Source of the DNA: Pyrinomonadaceae bacterium
GTDB taxonomy: Bacteria > Acidobacteriota > Blastocatellia > Pyrinomonadales > Pyrinomonadaceae
NCBI GenBank assembly: GCA_046313635.1
Contig: JBKBYA010000004.1
Span: forward strand, 1-64,000
Direction of reading: 5' to 3'
Length of the DNA stretch: 64,000 bases
Shown here: positions 28,637-39,268 of the stretch, piece after piece
Position numbering within the stretch: the first letter of the stretch is position 1
How the letters are laid out: each line of letters starts with the position of its first letter
Made by a program: the position numbers and the translations under genes
Notes under the pieces: generated by a model
Database searches by the model: none
What the model was told of the DNA's origin: nothing
Seen by the model: only the letters and a program-made list of their open reading frames with translations

Positions 28637-29484
28637 TTACGGCAATTCCAACGCTGCGGCACGGCGTTCGGCTTTTTGCTCTTCGGTGAGGCGTTCGTAA
28701 TTGTAGATCGCGCTCTCCCAGGTGCCGTACATCGCGTTTGGCAGCACGATGAATCGCGAGCCCCACTCGCCGCGGGCCGCTTCGACGGCGGCGAATCTCT
28801 CGGCGATCGACCTGCGTTCGAAGGCGCTCGAAAAGTCGTCCAGATTGTCGCCCATCAGCAGGACGATGCGATGCTTTGCGCTCACGATGTCGCGGCGCGG
28901 GCCCTTGGCCGACTCGCCCTTCTCTCTCAGCAGCACGTTGTCGGGCCCGACGTCTTTGAAGCCGGCCGCGACGAGGTTGTCGATCGTCGCCTGCTTTTGC
29001 ACGTCGTCGCGATTGCTGATGAAAAAGACCTTGACGCCCCTGGACACCGCGTAATTCAAAAAGTCGACGGAGCCGGGCACCGGCTTTGCCTTACGCATCT
29101 CGCCCCACGCGTACCAGTCCTTTGAATTGAACGGCCGGTTGTTGACCACCAGCAGAGCGTTCGAGGGCGAGTTGTCGAGCACGGTCTCGTCGATATCGAC
29201 GACGATCGCGCGCGGCATCTTTCGCTGGTCCTTCGGCAGCCGCTTCAGAGCCTTTTTATCAAAGTCGGCGTCGAGCCTGAGCCGGGCGATGTTGTAGGCC
29301 TGGTACGCGAGAGCTCGATACTCGGCCGCCTTTTGCTGGTATAGGATCGCGCCGATCTGGTAATCGAGGCTGGCAGACGCGGCCTCGGCCGCGTCTGCTG
29401 CGCGGTCGAGGCTCCGGCGAGATACGCCGAGACGACGGTGCTCACGGCCAGGCTCGCGGCGAGGAAGTATTTTTTTGCTTGCAT
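28637..29484 (-). pseudogene. Class C acid phosphatase / 5'-nucleotidase e(P4) family, frameshifted
   Basis: Signal peptide in one frame; EYRALAYQAYNIA, DIDETVLDNSP, GDNLDDF, LPNAMYG.WE in another; shift near 29370-29400. Confidence 0.82.
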
Positions 29485-29526
29485 AACTTGTTTGAAGAGT
29501 CGGACCGTGAAGATTATAAATTACCC

Positions 29527-29730
29527 ATGCACAATAGCGAGAAGCCGAAAACCGAGATCCCGCAAAAGCCTGAGGAGCGGGCCGGGGAGAATTGGGTCGA
29601 CGATCAGAGGCGTCGCGCGTACTACTACGACGACGCGCACGGCTACGAGACCTTCGATCCCGACAACGACGAAGATGCCGGATCGCCCTCCGACAAGGAC
29701 TCGGCCGACGGTATGGTCAGCCGACCCTGA
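29527..29730 (+). CDS. Small acidic hypothetical protein
   Basis: 67 aa with WVDDQ..YYYDDAHGYE motif. Confidence 0.55.
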   Translation: MHNSEKPKTEIPQKPEERAGENWVDDQRRRAYYYDDAHGYETFDPDNDEDAGSPSDKDSADGMVSRP

Positions 29731-31177
29731 TCCGCCGCCATCTGCCTTGCCTGAATCGCACGATGCTCAGCGTGCATCGCGTCACGTGCCCGGCGAGTAT
29801 CGCAAACCAGATATCGATCGGGTCGAGCGTAAAAAAGGTCTTGATCACGTAGCAGATGCCGAGCGGCACCGCGACCTGTGAAACGATCGAGATGTAGAGC
29901 GGCCCCTTTGTGTCGCCCGTCCCCTGCAGCCCGCCGGTATATGTGAGAGCGAGCGTGACAAAGAGTCCTGAGACCGCCAGCACTCGCAAAAGCTGCACGC
30001 CGATCTCGACCACCGCCGCGTCGCGCATTCCAAATACGGCGAGCAGCGTCTCGGGAAAAAAGAAAAAGAAAAAGCCTATGAACGCCGCGCCGGTCAGCCC
30101 AAACCGCGCCGCGGTGTGAACGGCGGCGCTCGCGCGGTCGGGCTTTTGCGCGCCGAGATTCTGCCCGGCGACCGCGGCGGCCGCGCCCATCAGTCCGACC
30201 GACGTCCAAGTGACGAGCGAGAAGAGCTGCGTGTACGACACCGAATACGCAGCCTGAGCCTCGGCACTCTGCGCCAGCGAGCCGATGAACGACAGCAGGG
30301 CAACGCCGCCGATATTCATCGCGATGCCCTGAAATCCCGCGGGCAGTCCAAACTTGAATAGCGACTTGATCGCCGGCCAGTCGGGTTTGTAGTCGTGATC
30401 TTTAGGGAACGAGACGACCCAGCCGCCGCTCCATAATTTGTAAAGCGAGTAAGCTCCGACCAGCCCCGACGCGATGCACGTCCCCATCGCGGAGCCGGCC
30501 GTGCCGAACGCCGGTATCGGGCCCAGGCCCCGGATCAGGACGATGTTGAGCCCCAGATTCAAAAGCGTCATCGCAACGCCGATCACCATCGGAGTACGCG
30601 CGTCGCCTGCCGAACGCAGGGCGCCGCCAAGCATGAAAAAGATCAGCATGCCGACGCTGCACGTCATCATGATCCGCAAAAATGGAAGTGCCTCGGCCTT
30701 GACCGCCGGTTCCGCGTGAACGATGTCGAGCAGGTGCGGCGCAGCAAAGTACCCGATCGGTGCGAGCACGGCGAGCGCCATAAATATCGCCGTCAAAAAT
30801 CCCTGATAGACCGTGTGGTTGACCTTGTCTTCGTCACCCGCGCCGGCGTAGCGTGCGACGAGTACGTTCATCCCGATAAAGAGCGACGAGATGAATACGA
30901 CGACGACCAAAAAGATCTGAAAGCTCACGCCGATCGCCGCGTTGCCGGTAAAGCCGACGAGATTGCCAACGAGAATGTGATCTACGATGCCCTGCAGCCC
31001 GCCGATCATGTTGGTCAGCATCGTCGGCCACGCGATCTTCCAGACGGCGCGGCCGAGCGGGCCCTCGATGATCGATCGGTCGTATTTCGGTTTGGGATTA
31101 GCCGCATCGGCCGGGCGCGACGAGGCGTGAAATTCGTCGATCGTATCGGCGATCGCTGCGGAGTTATCTGCGGACAT
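29717..31177 (-). CDS. MATE family efflux transporter
   Basis: About 12 TM; LRSAGDARTP, GQNLGA, LQGTGDTKGP. Confidence 0.93.
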   Translation of the reverse strand: MSADNSAAIADTIDEFHASSRPADAANPKPKYDRSIIEGPLGRAVWKIAWPTMLTNMIGGLQGIVDHILVGNLVGFTGNAAIGVSFQIFLVVVVFISSLFIGMNVLVARYAGAGDEDKVNHTVYQGFLTAIFMALAVLAPIGYFAAPHLLDIVHAEPAVKAEALPFLRIMMTCSVGMLIFFMLGGALRSAGDARTPMVIGVAMTLLNLGLNIVLIRGLGPIPAFGTAGSAMGTCIASGLVGAYSLYKLWSGGWVVSFPKDHDYKPDWPAIKSLFKFGLPAGFQGIAMNIGGVALLSFIGSLAQSAEAQAAYSVSYTQLFSLVTWTSVGLMGAAAAVAGQNLGAQKPDRASAAVHTAARFGLTGAAFIGFFFFFFPETLLAVFGMRDAAVVEIGVQLLRVLAVSGLFVTLALTYTGGLQGTGDTKGPLYISIVSQVAVPLGICYVIKTFFTLDPIDIWFAILAGHVTRCTLSIVRFRQGRWRRIRVG

Positions 31178-31340
31178 CGGAAATGATCTGTTGAGAGATT
31201 ATCGTTAAAAAAACTCTCTGCACAAACCGCGGCGACGAGAGCCCTCCAAGCGTGAACGTTCGGGCCTCGGACCAGCGAGGCCCGGTCGAGAATGTATCGG
31301 CCGCACCCCGCGATGGCGCGGGGCACGAGTGTCGTCAGAC

Positions 31341-33152
31341 CTATTTTTTGGGTCGTTCGTTCGCCTTGAGCACGCGTTTGCGGAGGCGGATGGCCTTGGG
31401 CGTGACCTCGATCAGCTCGTCGTCGGCGATGAACTCGAGCGCACGTTCGAGCGACATTTCGCGGACGGGCACGAGACGCATCGCTTCGTCGGCGCTGGTC
31501 GTGCGCATATTTGTGAGCTTCTTTTCCTTGATCGGGTTGACGTCGAGATCGACGGCGCGTGCGTTCTCACCGACGATCATTCCCTCGTAAACCTTGACCT
31601 GAGGTTTCACAAAAAGCGTTCCGCGTTCCTGCAGATTATAAAGCGCGTAAGTGTTGGTCTCGCCCATTCGGTCGGAGACGAGCGAGCCGGTCGAGCGATT
31701 TTTCATCTCGCCCTGCCATTTGTCGAATTTGAGAAATAGGGTGTTGAGCAGACCAGTGCCTTTGGTTTCGGTCAAAAACTCTCCGCGAAAGCCGATCAGA
31801 CCTCGCGACGGCACGACGTACTCTAGCCGCACGCGTCCCGAACCGTTGTTGATCATCTTGGTCATCTGGCCCTTGCGGCGGCCGAGCGCTTCGGTGACGA
31901 CGCCGATGAATTCGTCCGGCACGTCGATGACGACCTGCTCGAACGGTTCGAGCGTCTCGCCTGTCTTCTCGTCTTTTTTGGTGATGACCTCGGGCTTTGA
32001 GACCTGAAGCTCGTAGCCCTCGCGGCGCATCATCTCGATGAGAATGGCGAGCTGCAGTTCGCCGCGGCCCGAGACCTTGAACTGCTCAGCCGCCTCGGTC
32101 TGCTCGACGCGCAGGGCGACGTTACCCAGAAGCTCGCGGTCGAGGCGGTCCTTGATCTGGCGAGAGGTCACGTACTTGCCGTCGACTCCCGCGAAGGGCG
32201 AGGTGTTGACGCCGAAGATCATCGAGATCGTCGGCTCGTCGACGGCGATGACCGGCAGCGGCTGCGGATTGTCAACGAGCGTGATCGTCTCGCCGATGTT
32301 GATGTCGTCAAAGCCGGCCAGGGCCACGATCTCGCCGACGCCGGCCTTGTCGACGGTCCGCCGCTCGAGCCCCTCGTAAACAAAGAGCTCCTTGACCCGC
32401 GTCTTCTGCGTCGAGCCGTCACGCTTTGAGACGATCACTTCCTGATTCTTGGCGATCTCACCCGAGTAGATGCGGCCGATCGCGAGGCGTCCGACGAAGG
32501 GGTTGTAGTCGATATTCGCGACAAGCAGCTGCAGGGTATCGTTTCTGAGCGCTCGCGGGGCCGGAATGGTCTCGATCACTTGCTCAAAGAGCGGAACGAG
32601 ATCGGTCGACGAATCGTCGAGACTTCTCTTTGCGACGCCGTCGCGTGAGATCGAATAAAGTATCGGAAACTCGATCTGCTCGTCGTCGGCGCCGAGGTCG
32701 ATAAAGAGGTCGTATATCTCGTTGACGACCTCCTCGGGCCGAGCGTCCTGGCGGTCGATCTTGTTGACGAGCGCGATCGCGGGCAGCTTGAGCTCGAGGG
32801 CCTTTCTTAAAACGAACCGCGTCTGCGGGAGGCAGCCCTCAGCCGCGTCAACGAGCAGTACGATGCCGTCCACCATCTTGAGCACGCGCTCGACCTCGCC
32901 GCCAAAGTCGGCGTGACCCGGCGTGTCGACGATGTTGATCTTGTGATCGCCAAAGCGGACGGCCGTATTCTTGGCCATGATCGTGATGCCGCGCTCGCGC
33001 TCGAGGTCCATCGAGTCCATCACGCGATCGACGACGGCCTCGTTCTCGCGAAAGGTTCCGGATTGTTTGAGCATCGCGTCGACGAGCGTCGTCTTGCCGT
33101 GGTCGACGTGGGCAATGATGGCGATGTTTCTTATCTTATCGGTGGTCAACAT
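31341..33152 (-). CDS. typA: Translational GTPase TypA/BipA
   Basis: [40 protein letters not shown]. Confidence 0.97.
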   Translation of the reverse strand: MLTTDKIRNIAIIAHVDHGKTTLVDAMLKQSGTFRENEAVVDRVMDSMDLERERGITIMAKNTAVRFGDHKINIVDTPGHADFGGEVERVLKMVDGIVLLVDAAEGCLPQTRFVLRKALELKLPAIALVNKIDRQDARPEEVVNEIYDLFIDLGADDEQIEFPILYSISRDGVAKRSLDDSSTDLVPLFEQVIETIPAPRALRNDTLQLLVANIDYNPFVGRLAIGRIYSGEIAKNQEVIVSKRDGSTQKTRVKELFVYEGLERRTVDKAGVGEIVALAGFDDINIGETITLVDNPQPLPVIAVDEPTISMIFGVNTSPFAGVDGKYVTSRQIKDRLDRELLGNVALRVEQTEAAEQFKVSGRGELQLAILIEMMRREGYELQVSKPEVITKKDEKTGETLEPFEQVVIDVPDEFIGVVTEALGRRKGQMTKMINNGSGRVRLEYVVPSRGLIGFRGEFLTETKGTGLLNTLFLKFDKWQGEMKNRSTGSLVSDRMGETNTYALYNLQERGTLFVKPQVKVYEGMIVGENARAVDLDVNPIKEKKLTNMRTTSADEAMRLVPVREMSLERALEFIADDELIEVTPKAIRLRKRVLKANERPKK

Positions 33153-33232
33153 AGTGCAAAATCTGGCTGCCGAGACAAACGAACATTCTGATTGATTGAC
33201 GCGCGAAAGGCAATCAACGAGGCCGCACTCCG

Positions 33233-33256
33233 CTTTGCGGCTTTGCGGCTCTGCGG
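33233..33256. repeat. (CTTTGCGG)3 tandem repeat
   Basis: CTTTGCGG CTTTGCGG CTCTGCGG. Confidence 0.7.
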
Positions 33257-33274
33257 AAAGGTCAATTTGTTCCC

Positions 33275-33421
33275 GTCGTCAGCCCGCTGGTCGAGGACTC
33301 GGCCGACGCTTTCGGCGACGCGTTTGCCGGGTTTGATACGGTGCCGATGGCGCGCATAGCCAATGCCTACGTTCGCTCGGTCGAGGGCCGCATTACCGGT
33401 CGCGTTATCCGGGTACTTTGA
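33275..33421 (+). pseudogene. C-terminal fragment of a short-chain dehydrogenase
   Basis: [48 protein letters not shown]; no N-terminal domain. Confidence 0.65.
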
Positions 33422-33440
33422 TCGCAGGGGCGTAAATGCG

Positions 33441-33476
33441 AAAAAAAGGCCGAGCCTTTTCGGACCCGGCCTTCTT
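33441..33476. terminator. Terminator hairpin
   Basis: AAAAAAAGGCCG..CGGCCTTCTT. Confidence 0.7.
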
Positions 33477-33582
33477 GCTGCTTACCGATCGTTCACAAGC
33501 GCAGGCTGCGGAAGGGAAGGCTCGGCGATGCGACGGCGGCAGTGCAGGCCCGATCACGTTCGGCTCCGGCTCCAGCGAGTCG

Positions 33583-34035
33583 TCAGCGGCCGATCTGGCG
33601 GAGCGCTTCGTAGAGGACTATGCCGACGCTCGTCGCGAGGTTGAGACTGCGGACGCTCTTGTTGGGCATCGGGATGGTGAGGCACCGGTCGGCGTTAGCG
33701 CGGAGCAGAGGTTCGGGCAGGCCGCGCGTTTCTGGCCCGAATACCAGGCAGTCGCCATCGGCGAATCTGAATTCGGTGTACGGGCGGTCGGTCTTTGTCG
33801 TGAGATAAACGAATCTCGCGACCGGAAGCGCCGCGTACAGTTCGTCAAGGTCGACATGCCTGTGCAGGCGGACGTGCTCCCAGTAGTCGAGGCCGGCCCG
33901 ACGCAGCGTGCGATCGTCCATTCGAAAGCCGGTCACGCCGACAACGTGCAGTTCTGTGAAAGTCGCGGCGCACAGCCTGGCGATGTTGCCTGTATTGGGC
34001 GGGATCTCGGGTTCGACGAGCGCGACGTGCAGCAC
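33583..34035 (-). CDS. trmL: tRNA (cytidine(34)-2'-O)-methyltransferase
   Basis: EPEIPPNTGNIARLCA, RRAGLDYW, FGPETRGL, RSLNLA. Confidence 0.95.
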   Translation of the reverse strand: MLHVALVEPEIPPNTGNIARLCAATFTELHVVGVTGFRMDDRTLRRAGLDYWEHVRLHRHVDLDELYAALPVARFVYLTTKTDRPYTEFRFADGDCLVFGPETRGLPEPLLRANADRCLTIPMPNKSVRSLNLATSVGIVLYEALRQIGR

Positions 34036-34042
34036 GGTCAGA

Positions 34043-34660
34043 TCAATCAGCTCCCTTTACGCTCTCGACAAAGTTTGAGCAGAACTTTGTCCATTCGGCC
34101 TTTTGCACGCCGAGGTAGTAGCCGAGGTTTGCGACCGCGGCGTTGCGTGCAGACTCGATGACGCCGCCGGCTTCGCTGACGTTCTGCTTTTCGCCGAGAC
34201 CGACGACGTACATCGCGAGGCGGGCGCCGTCGCGGACGAGACAGAAGTTGTTGCTCGCCGTCGAGGCAAAGAAATGCGACGTCGTCTTACGGTCACGCTC
34301 GCTTGCCGTCGGGTCAAACGTCGGGCTGACCGTGATGACAAGTTCGTCCGCGTCGTCCACCACGCGCTCGACTCGGACCCAGTCGTACTTGCCTGTGCCG
34401 TGAAGCAGTATGCGAATGAACCGGCCCGTCTCGATGCGTGTGTCGGTGAGCAGCGTGCCGCCCTCATCGAATAGATCGTAATTCGACAGTCCGGAGCACT
34501 CGTTCCAATGCCGCAGGTCGAGCAGGCGCTCGCGGACCTGCGCAAATGCATCGCGAGCCGAGGCCTCGTCGGCAAACTTCCGCTCGGCAAAATTCACCGA
34601 GGTGTCGCCGTCGGGCGAGCTCTCGGCACGATGGAGCAGGGTCGAGGTAAGTGAATTCAC
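34043..34660 (-). CDS. Conserved hypothetical protein
   Basis: 205 aa; YDWVRVE, TSHFF motifs. Confidence 0.75.
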   Translation of the reverse strand: MNSLTSTLLHRAESSPDGDTSVNFAERKFADEASARDAFAQVRERLLDLRHWNECSGLSNYDLFDEGGTLLTDTRIETGRFIRILLHGTGKYDWVRVERVVDDADELVITVSPTFDPTASERDRKTTSHFFASTASNNFCLVRDGARLAMYVVGLGEKQNVSEAGGVIESARNAAVANLGYYLGVQKAEWTKFCSNFVESVKGAD

Positions 34661-34812
34661 GATACGTGAATTATAGTTTCAGCGCCGGGATTAATCTACG
34701 CCGCCGAGCATCACGTGCATCCAGAAACGCATCCATATCATCAATTTAGACGGCCAAGTGCCCAATTCTAATGTCTGTGCTACAATCCGCATTCGTGATT
34801 TCCGGAAGGAAT

Positions 34813-35655
34813 ATGTTGAAGAGCCCTGTTTTGTTGTCGGCCCGCCTGCTTTTTGCGGCGGTCATTTGTTATTTTGCGGCCGCAGCGGCGGCCGCCGGCC
34901 AGGAGCCGCCAAAGGCCGGCAGCGAAAAGAAACCGGCCGACGAAAAGAAGGCAGATGCAAAGGTCGACGCCAACAAGGCAGCGACGGCCGAGAGCGTCGT
35001 CGAGTCGACCATCCTTATCTACGGCGGCCTCGGCGGCCGCGACCGGCTCAACCAGATCCGCAAGACTTCATTCGAGCGCGGGCGGTTGAGCATCGCCAAC
35101 GAGACCGGCCAGATGGAGCAGGCGACGTATCAGGTCTGGACCATCCGCGGCGAGAATTTCGAAAAGGAAAAGATCCGCTTCGATCAGGAATATCCGACCG
35201 TCCGATACTCGCTCGTACACACCGGCGACAAGACCTTCGGCATCTACAATAACTCGGTCTTTAATCCTCGGGCCGACGCGGCGAGGACGTTTGAGAATCG
35301 GATCTATCACGGCCTCGAGGCGTTGCTGCGGTACAAGGAGAATGGCTCGACGATCTCGCTCGCCGGACGTGAAAAGATCCTCGGCGTGGATTTTTACCTG
35401 ATCGATCTCACCGATAAGCAGGGCCGCAAGACGCGGTACTACATCAGCGCAAAAACGTATCGGGTGATGATGATCGACTACGAGGATAACGGCGTTAAGT
35501 ACCGCCGCAAGTTTTACGACTACAACTACGCGCAGGGCACGCTCGTGCCTTACCGCTCGACGCTCTCGGCCGGCGACAAGATCGTCGAGGAGACGCAGGT
35601 GCTCACCGTGACCTTTGGGCAAAAGGTCGACGACGGCCTCTTTGCGGAAGGTTAA
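34813..35655 (+). CDS. Secreted hypothetical protein (LolA-like fold possible)
   Basis: Signal peptide, beta-rich. Confidence 0.75.
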   Translation: MLKSPVLLSARLLFAAVICYFAAAAAAAGQEPPKAGSEKKPADEKKADAKVDANKAATAESVVESTILIYGGLGGRDRLNQIRKTSFERGRLSIANETGQMEQATYQVWTIRGENFEKEKIRFDQEYPTVRYSLVHTGDKTFGIYNNSVFNPRADAARTFENRIYHGLEALLRYKENGSTISLAGREKILGVDFYLIDLTDKQGRKTRYYISAKTYRVMMIDYEDNGVKYRRKFYDYNYAQGTLVPYRSTLSAGDKIVEETQVLTVTFGQKVDDGLFAEG

Positions 35656-35729
35656 GTAAAAATTGCAACTTCCGTTGGACTGGTCTGTGGAATTAGCTGT
35701 TTCTAATTCCGCTTTTGGAGGTTACTTCA

Positions 35730-36335
35730 ATGGACAGGTCCTTTTTACGTTTTGCGAGGGTCTTCGTGTGTCTGGCTGCGGTCGCGTTCATATCTTCATC
35801 GCCGGCGGCAGGCCAGCAGAGGTCCCCGGTCAGTTATGAGACCGTGCTGCAGTTGGTCGTCGGCTCGACCGACGCCGCTCAGCGCGAGTCTTTGCCGGCC
35901 GCGCTTGCTCCGATCGCGCGGCGACTCGGCGAGAACTTTCCTTTTTCAAGGTTCAAGGTCACCAATACATTCCTCGGCCGCTCGGGCAGTCCGGGCCGAA
36001 TTGAATATAAAAGCGTCGCCGACCCGTTCGGAGCTCGTGATCGGTCCGAGCGTCCGACCTTCCTCGATTGGTCGCTCAGCCTTAGTCCGAATGACGCTCC
36101 CGACGGACATTTGGTCGTGGACAAATTCCGCTTCGGAGCTCGCGTGCCCGTCGTTCTCTCGCAGTTGAAGAACGCGGGAGGCCAGGTCGACGATCTCATC
36201 AACTACGAGGCCGTGGGCCTGACGACCGAGCGGTTGACGCTCTCGCTGGGACGCCCTTCGCTCATTGGAACGATATCTCTGCCGGGCGCGCAGGGAACGC
36301 TGTTCCTGATCCTTACGGTAAGGCCGGCGGATTAA
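35730..36335 (+). CDS. Secreted hypothetical protein
   Basis: GGAGG RBS, signal peptide. Confidence 0.7.
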   Translation: MDRSFLRFARVFVCLAAVAFISSSPAAGQQRSPVSYETVLQLVVGSTDAAQRESLPAALAPIARRLGENFPFSRFKVTNTFLGRSGSPGRIEYKSVADPFGARDRSERPTFLDWSLSLSPNDAPDGHLVVDKFRFGARVPVVLSQLKNAGGQVDDLINYEAVGLTTERLTLSLGRPSLIGTISLPGAQGTLFLILTVRPAD

Positions 36336-36441
36336 GAAAACGAACAAGCTTTTCGCAACTTTTACAGCCGCCGAACGTGTGTGTGAGACATGGAGGCGGC
36401 AGTTGTTTGACCGGCGAAACGTTATAGAACAATATGGTTGT

Positions 36442-37089
36442 ATGGCTCTCGACAAGGTCTATCTTACGGACGCGAAAGGCCCGGCTGTCGGGCTGTCGGC
36501 CGGAGACCTTTCGGACCATTCGCTCATCGAAGCAACACGCGCCGGCGATGAAGCGGCCTTTGCCGAGATCATGCGGCGATACAAGGGCCCGATCGTCAAC
36601 TTCCTCTACAGATTTTTGAACGATTACGAAGAGGCCGTAGACCTCGCGCAGGAGACCTTTGTCCGCGTCTATTTCGCGATCGACCGCTATCACACGGAGT
36701 ACGCTTTTTCGACGTACATTTACCGCATCGCGTCCAATCTCGCGATCAGCGAGCTGCGGCGTCGAAAGAGAAGGCGGATCCTTTCGCTGACCGGGCTGAT
36801 AACCGGCGGCGGCGACTCTGGCGACGAGGCGTCGGACTTTCAGCCGCGTGACGAGCGTCGGCTGCCGGACGAGCTGGTCGTCGACGACGAACAAGGGCGG
36901 GTCATCGCAAAGGCGATCGCGGCCTTGCCTGAGAAGTACCGGCTGCCGCTGATCCTCCGCGATGTCGAGGGCAAGTCGTACGAGGAGGTCGCGACGATCC
37001 TCGAGCTCGGACTCGGTACTACCAAGTCGCGGATCAGTCGGGCCCGCGGGCTCCTGAAAGATAAATTGAAGAACTATATTTCGTCCTAA
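36442..37089 (+). CDS. ECF RNA polymerase sigma factor
   Basis: GDEAAF, DLAQETF, FSTYIYRIASN, SYEEVA..GTTKSRISRAR. Confidence 0.94.
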   Translation: MALDKVYLTDAKGPAVGLSAGDLSDHSLIEATRAGDEAAFAEIMRRYKGPIVNFLYRFLNDYEEAVDLAQETFVRVYFAIDRYHTEYAFSTYIYRIASNLAISELRRRKRRRILSLTGLITGGGDSGDEASDFQPRDERRLPDELVVDDEQGRVIAKAIAALPEKYRLPLILRDVEGKSYEEVATILELGLGTTKSRISRARGLLKDKLKNYISS

Positions 37090-37094
37090 AGGCA

Positions 37095-37913
37095 ATGAAG
37101 AGCGACAAGATCAACAGCACGAATTTTCACGGCGACGAGGAGCAGAGGCTCGCGGGCCTGCTCGCCTCATTGCCGCAGGTCGGCGCTCCTTCTGACTTTG
37201 AATTTCGGGTCAAGGCCAGGATCGCCACTCGCAGGGGCGAGACGAGCTTGATCCGCCGTGTGCCAGCGTCGCTGCGGCTGGCGCTGCCGCTGCTTTTGTT
37301 TTTCCTGACGGGCGTCGCGGCGATCTTTTACTTTTCGTGGCCCGATGCGCTCACGCCCGGCGAGGCCGTGCAGCCGGCGGCTTCAGCGGTCGCGGACCCG
37401 GCCCCTGCGCAGCCGGCACCCGTTGCAGATCCATCGGTCCAAACCGAACTGCCGTCGCCGGAAGTCGCGACCGGTACCGAGAGTTCTCTGCCGGGGACCG
37501 AAGCGGGCAAGACGGCCGCGGCTCGCAGCGGCGCGGCCCCTCGAGAACGCCGCCCGGCGGGCGGTTCGATGGACGTCAGCCTCGGACAGGCCGAAGCAAT
37601 TTCGCCGACCGACGCTCCGCAGCGCAGCCGAAACGGACTGTCGGCCGATCAGGTGCTCCTTCAGTTGGGAGCAAAGACTGTTTTTGAGAACGACGGCTAC
37701 AGGGTGCTCGTTGTCGAGGACAGCAGCATCGCCAAGATCGCGGGTGTAGAAAAGGACGATGTGGTTCAAAAGATCGGTAAGCAGAAAATAACCGATCGCA
37801 CCAACCTGCGAAACCTAAAGGCCGAGAATATTACCGTGCTGCGCAAAGGCGAGGTCAAAACTCTCCCGCTCAAACCCGCGGCGCCGAGCGCTCCGCAGCA
37901 GCAGAAGAATTAG
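37095..37913 (+). CDS. Putative anti-sigma factor (single TM, C-terminal PDZ-like domain)
   Basis: Follows the ECF sigma; TM, Pro/Ala linker, V.EDSSIAKIAGVEKDDVV. Confidence 0.65.
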   Translation: MKSDKINSTNFHGDEEQRLAGLLASLPQVGAPSDFEFRVKARIATRRGETSLIRRVPASLRLALPLLLFFLTGVAAIFYFSWPDALTPGEAVQPAASAVADPAPAQPAPVADPSVQTELPSPEVATGTESSLPGTEAGKTAAARSGAAPRERRPAGGSMDVSLGQAEAISPTDAPQRSRNGLSADQVLLQLGAKTVFENDGYRVLVVEDSSIAKIAGVEKDDVVQKIGKQKITDRTNLRNLKAENITVLRKGEVKTLPLKPAAPSAPQQQKN

Positions 37914-38686
37914 TCGTCCGGCGAGCGCCGCGGCACAAGCCACAACGCGGCGACGTAGCCGGCAACGGCGAAGAACTGAATGTAGCCCGTCGCGGCCGAG
38001 TATCGCGGCAGATCGAGCAGCCAGGTCAGCACCTCTTTTGATGGGTTTTGCAGCATCGCCTGCATCCAGCTCTCGTTTGCCGGGGCCGTCACGCCCGCCA
38101 GCAGCAGATACTTTACGACAAACGCCATCCCGACCATCGCTCCCAGTCCGCGAACCAGACGTCTCGCATCAAACTCCGCGAACGCATAACTCACCAGCGT
38201 CCATACAAAGCAGAAGGCGACGATCCAAAACATGATCCCTCGCTCGGGCAGCAGAGAGTTGTAGACCTGCACGGTCGCGGCAAACAGCGCAAAGATCACC
38301 GAAGAATTTGCCGCGAGCGTGAGCGCCGAATGCCGTTCCGAAAACCATCCGTCCAATGCGATCAGACCGCCGCGGGCAAACAGCACGATCGTCATCGCCG
38401 CGAGCAAGAGGCACAGCAGCGACGGCGCGGCAAAAACAAAATGCAAGCCCGGGTCGCTCAGACGCAATCCGCCTAGCAGCGTCACGGTCAGCAGCAGCAA
38501 GGGAAGCAGTATGAACGTAAAAGCTCGCCGCCGTCGCTCTGCCGCATCTTTGCCGAGCACGCGTCGATCGCTGCGCTCGGCGAGCGGAGCGTCGCGGGTC
38601 TCAGACGGCAGAGCCTCAGCCGCGAACGCGTCGGCTTCGACGGCGACGGCGTCGATCACTTCGTTTTCGTCGGTCCGACTCGTCAT
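37910..38686 (-). CDS. Integral membrane protein
   Basis: About 6 hydrophobic segments. Confidence 0.75.
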   Translation of the reverse strand: MTSRTDENEVIDAVAVEADAFAAEALPSETRDAPLAERSDRRVLGKDAAERRRRAFTFILLPLLLLTVTLLGGLRLSDPGLHFVFAAPSLLCLLLAAMTIVLFARGGLIALDGWFSERHSALTLAANSSVIFALFAATVQVYNSLLPERGIMFWIVAFCFVWTLVSYAFAEFDARRLVRGLGAMVGMAFVVKYLLLAGVTAPANESWMQAMLQNPSKEVLTWLLDLPRYSAATGYIQFFAVAGYVAALWLVPRRSPDD

Positions 38687-39214
38687 CTATTTCCTCTCGG
38701 TAAAGATACGCAGCGGGTTAAAGTCGCCGGCCGTGAGCTTGGTGCCATTTTCGAGTTCGGCCCGCAGCTCGGCGGGCGTTCTTAATTTGAGGTCCGGATC
38801 GTCGACCGCGAAATCGGGGTCGATCGCGCGGACGCGGTCGACGGCCTCGATGCCCTTGGCAAAGAGCTCGTCGTCATTCGTCACGCGGCCCCAGCCCTGA
38901 CGATAGAAGCTGTACGCGATGTAGAACTGCGTCCGCGCGTGGCGGCGTTCCGGGTCGGCGCGTTCGAGCAGGTCGCGGGCGGCGACGTAGTTCTCCTGCC
39001 TAAAGGCCGCGAGCCCCGCGTCGAATTTTGCACGGTCGATCTCGTATGTCCCGATGATGACCTGACCGCGCGTTGCGGCGGTCTGAATGGTCGTCGCGGC
39101 CTTGGTCGTGACCTCGCCGAGATCGCGCGGCTGGGCGGCGTAGAGAAAGACGATGAAGGCAAAATAAACCGCCGTTATCGCGATGCCCGTTATCTGGATA
39201 ATGCGTTGGTTCAT
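38687..39214 (-). CDS. Membrane-anchored TPR-like hypothetical protein
   Basis: N-terminal [15 protein letters not shown] helix. Confidence 0.7.
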   Translation of the reverse strand: MNQRIIQITGIAITAVYFAFIVFLYAAQPRDLGEVTTKAATTIQTAATRGQVIIGTYEIDRAKFDAGLAAFRQENYVAARDLLERADPERRHARTQFYIAYSFYRQGWGRVTNDDELFAKGIEAVDRVRAIDPDFAVDDPDLKLRTPAELRAELENGTKLTAGDFNPLRIFTERK

Positions 39215-39268
39215 TGTTATAATCGCGACGAACTTTTACAGCTTACACCGCCTTTCAGACGCATTTCT

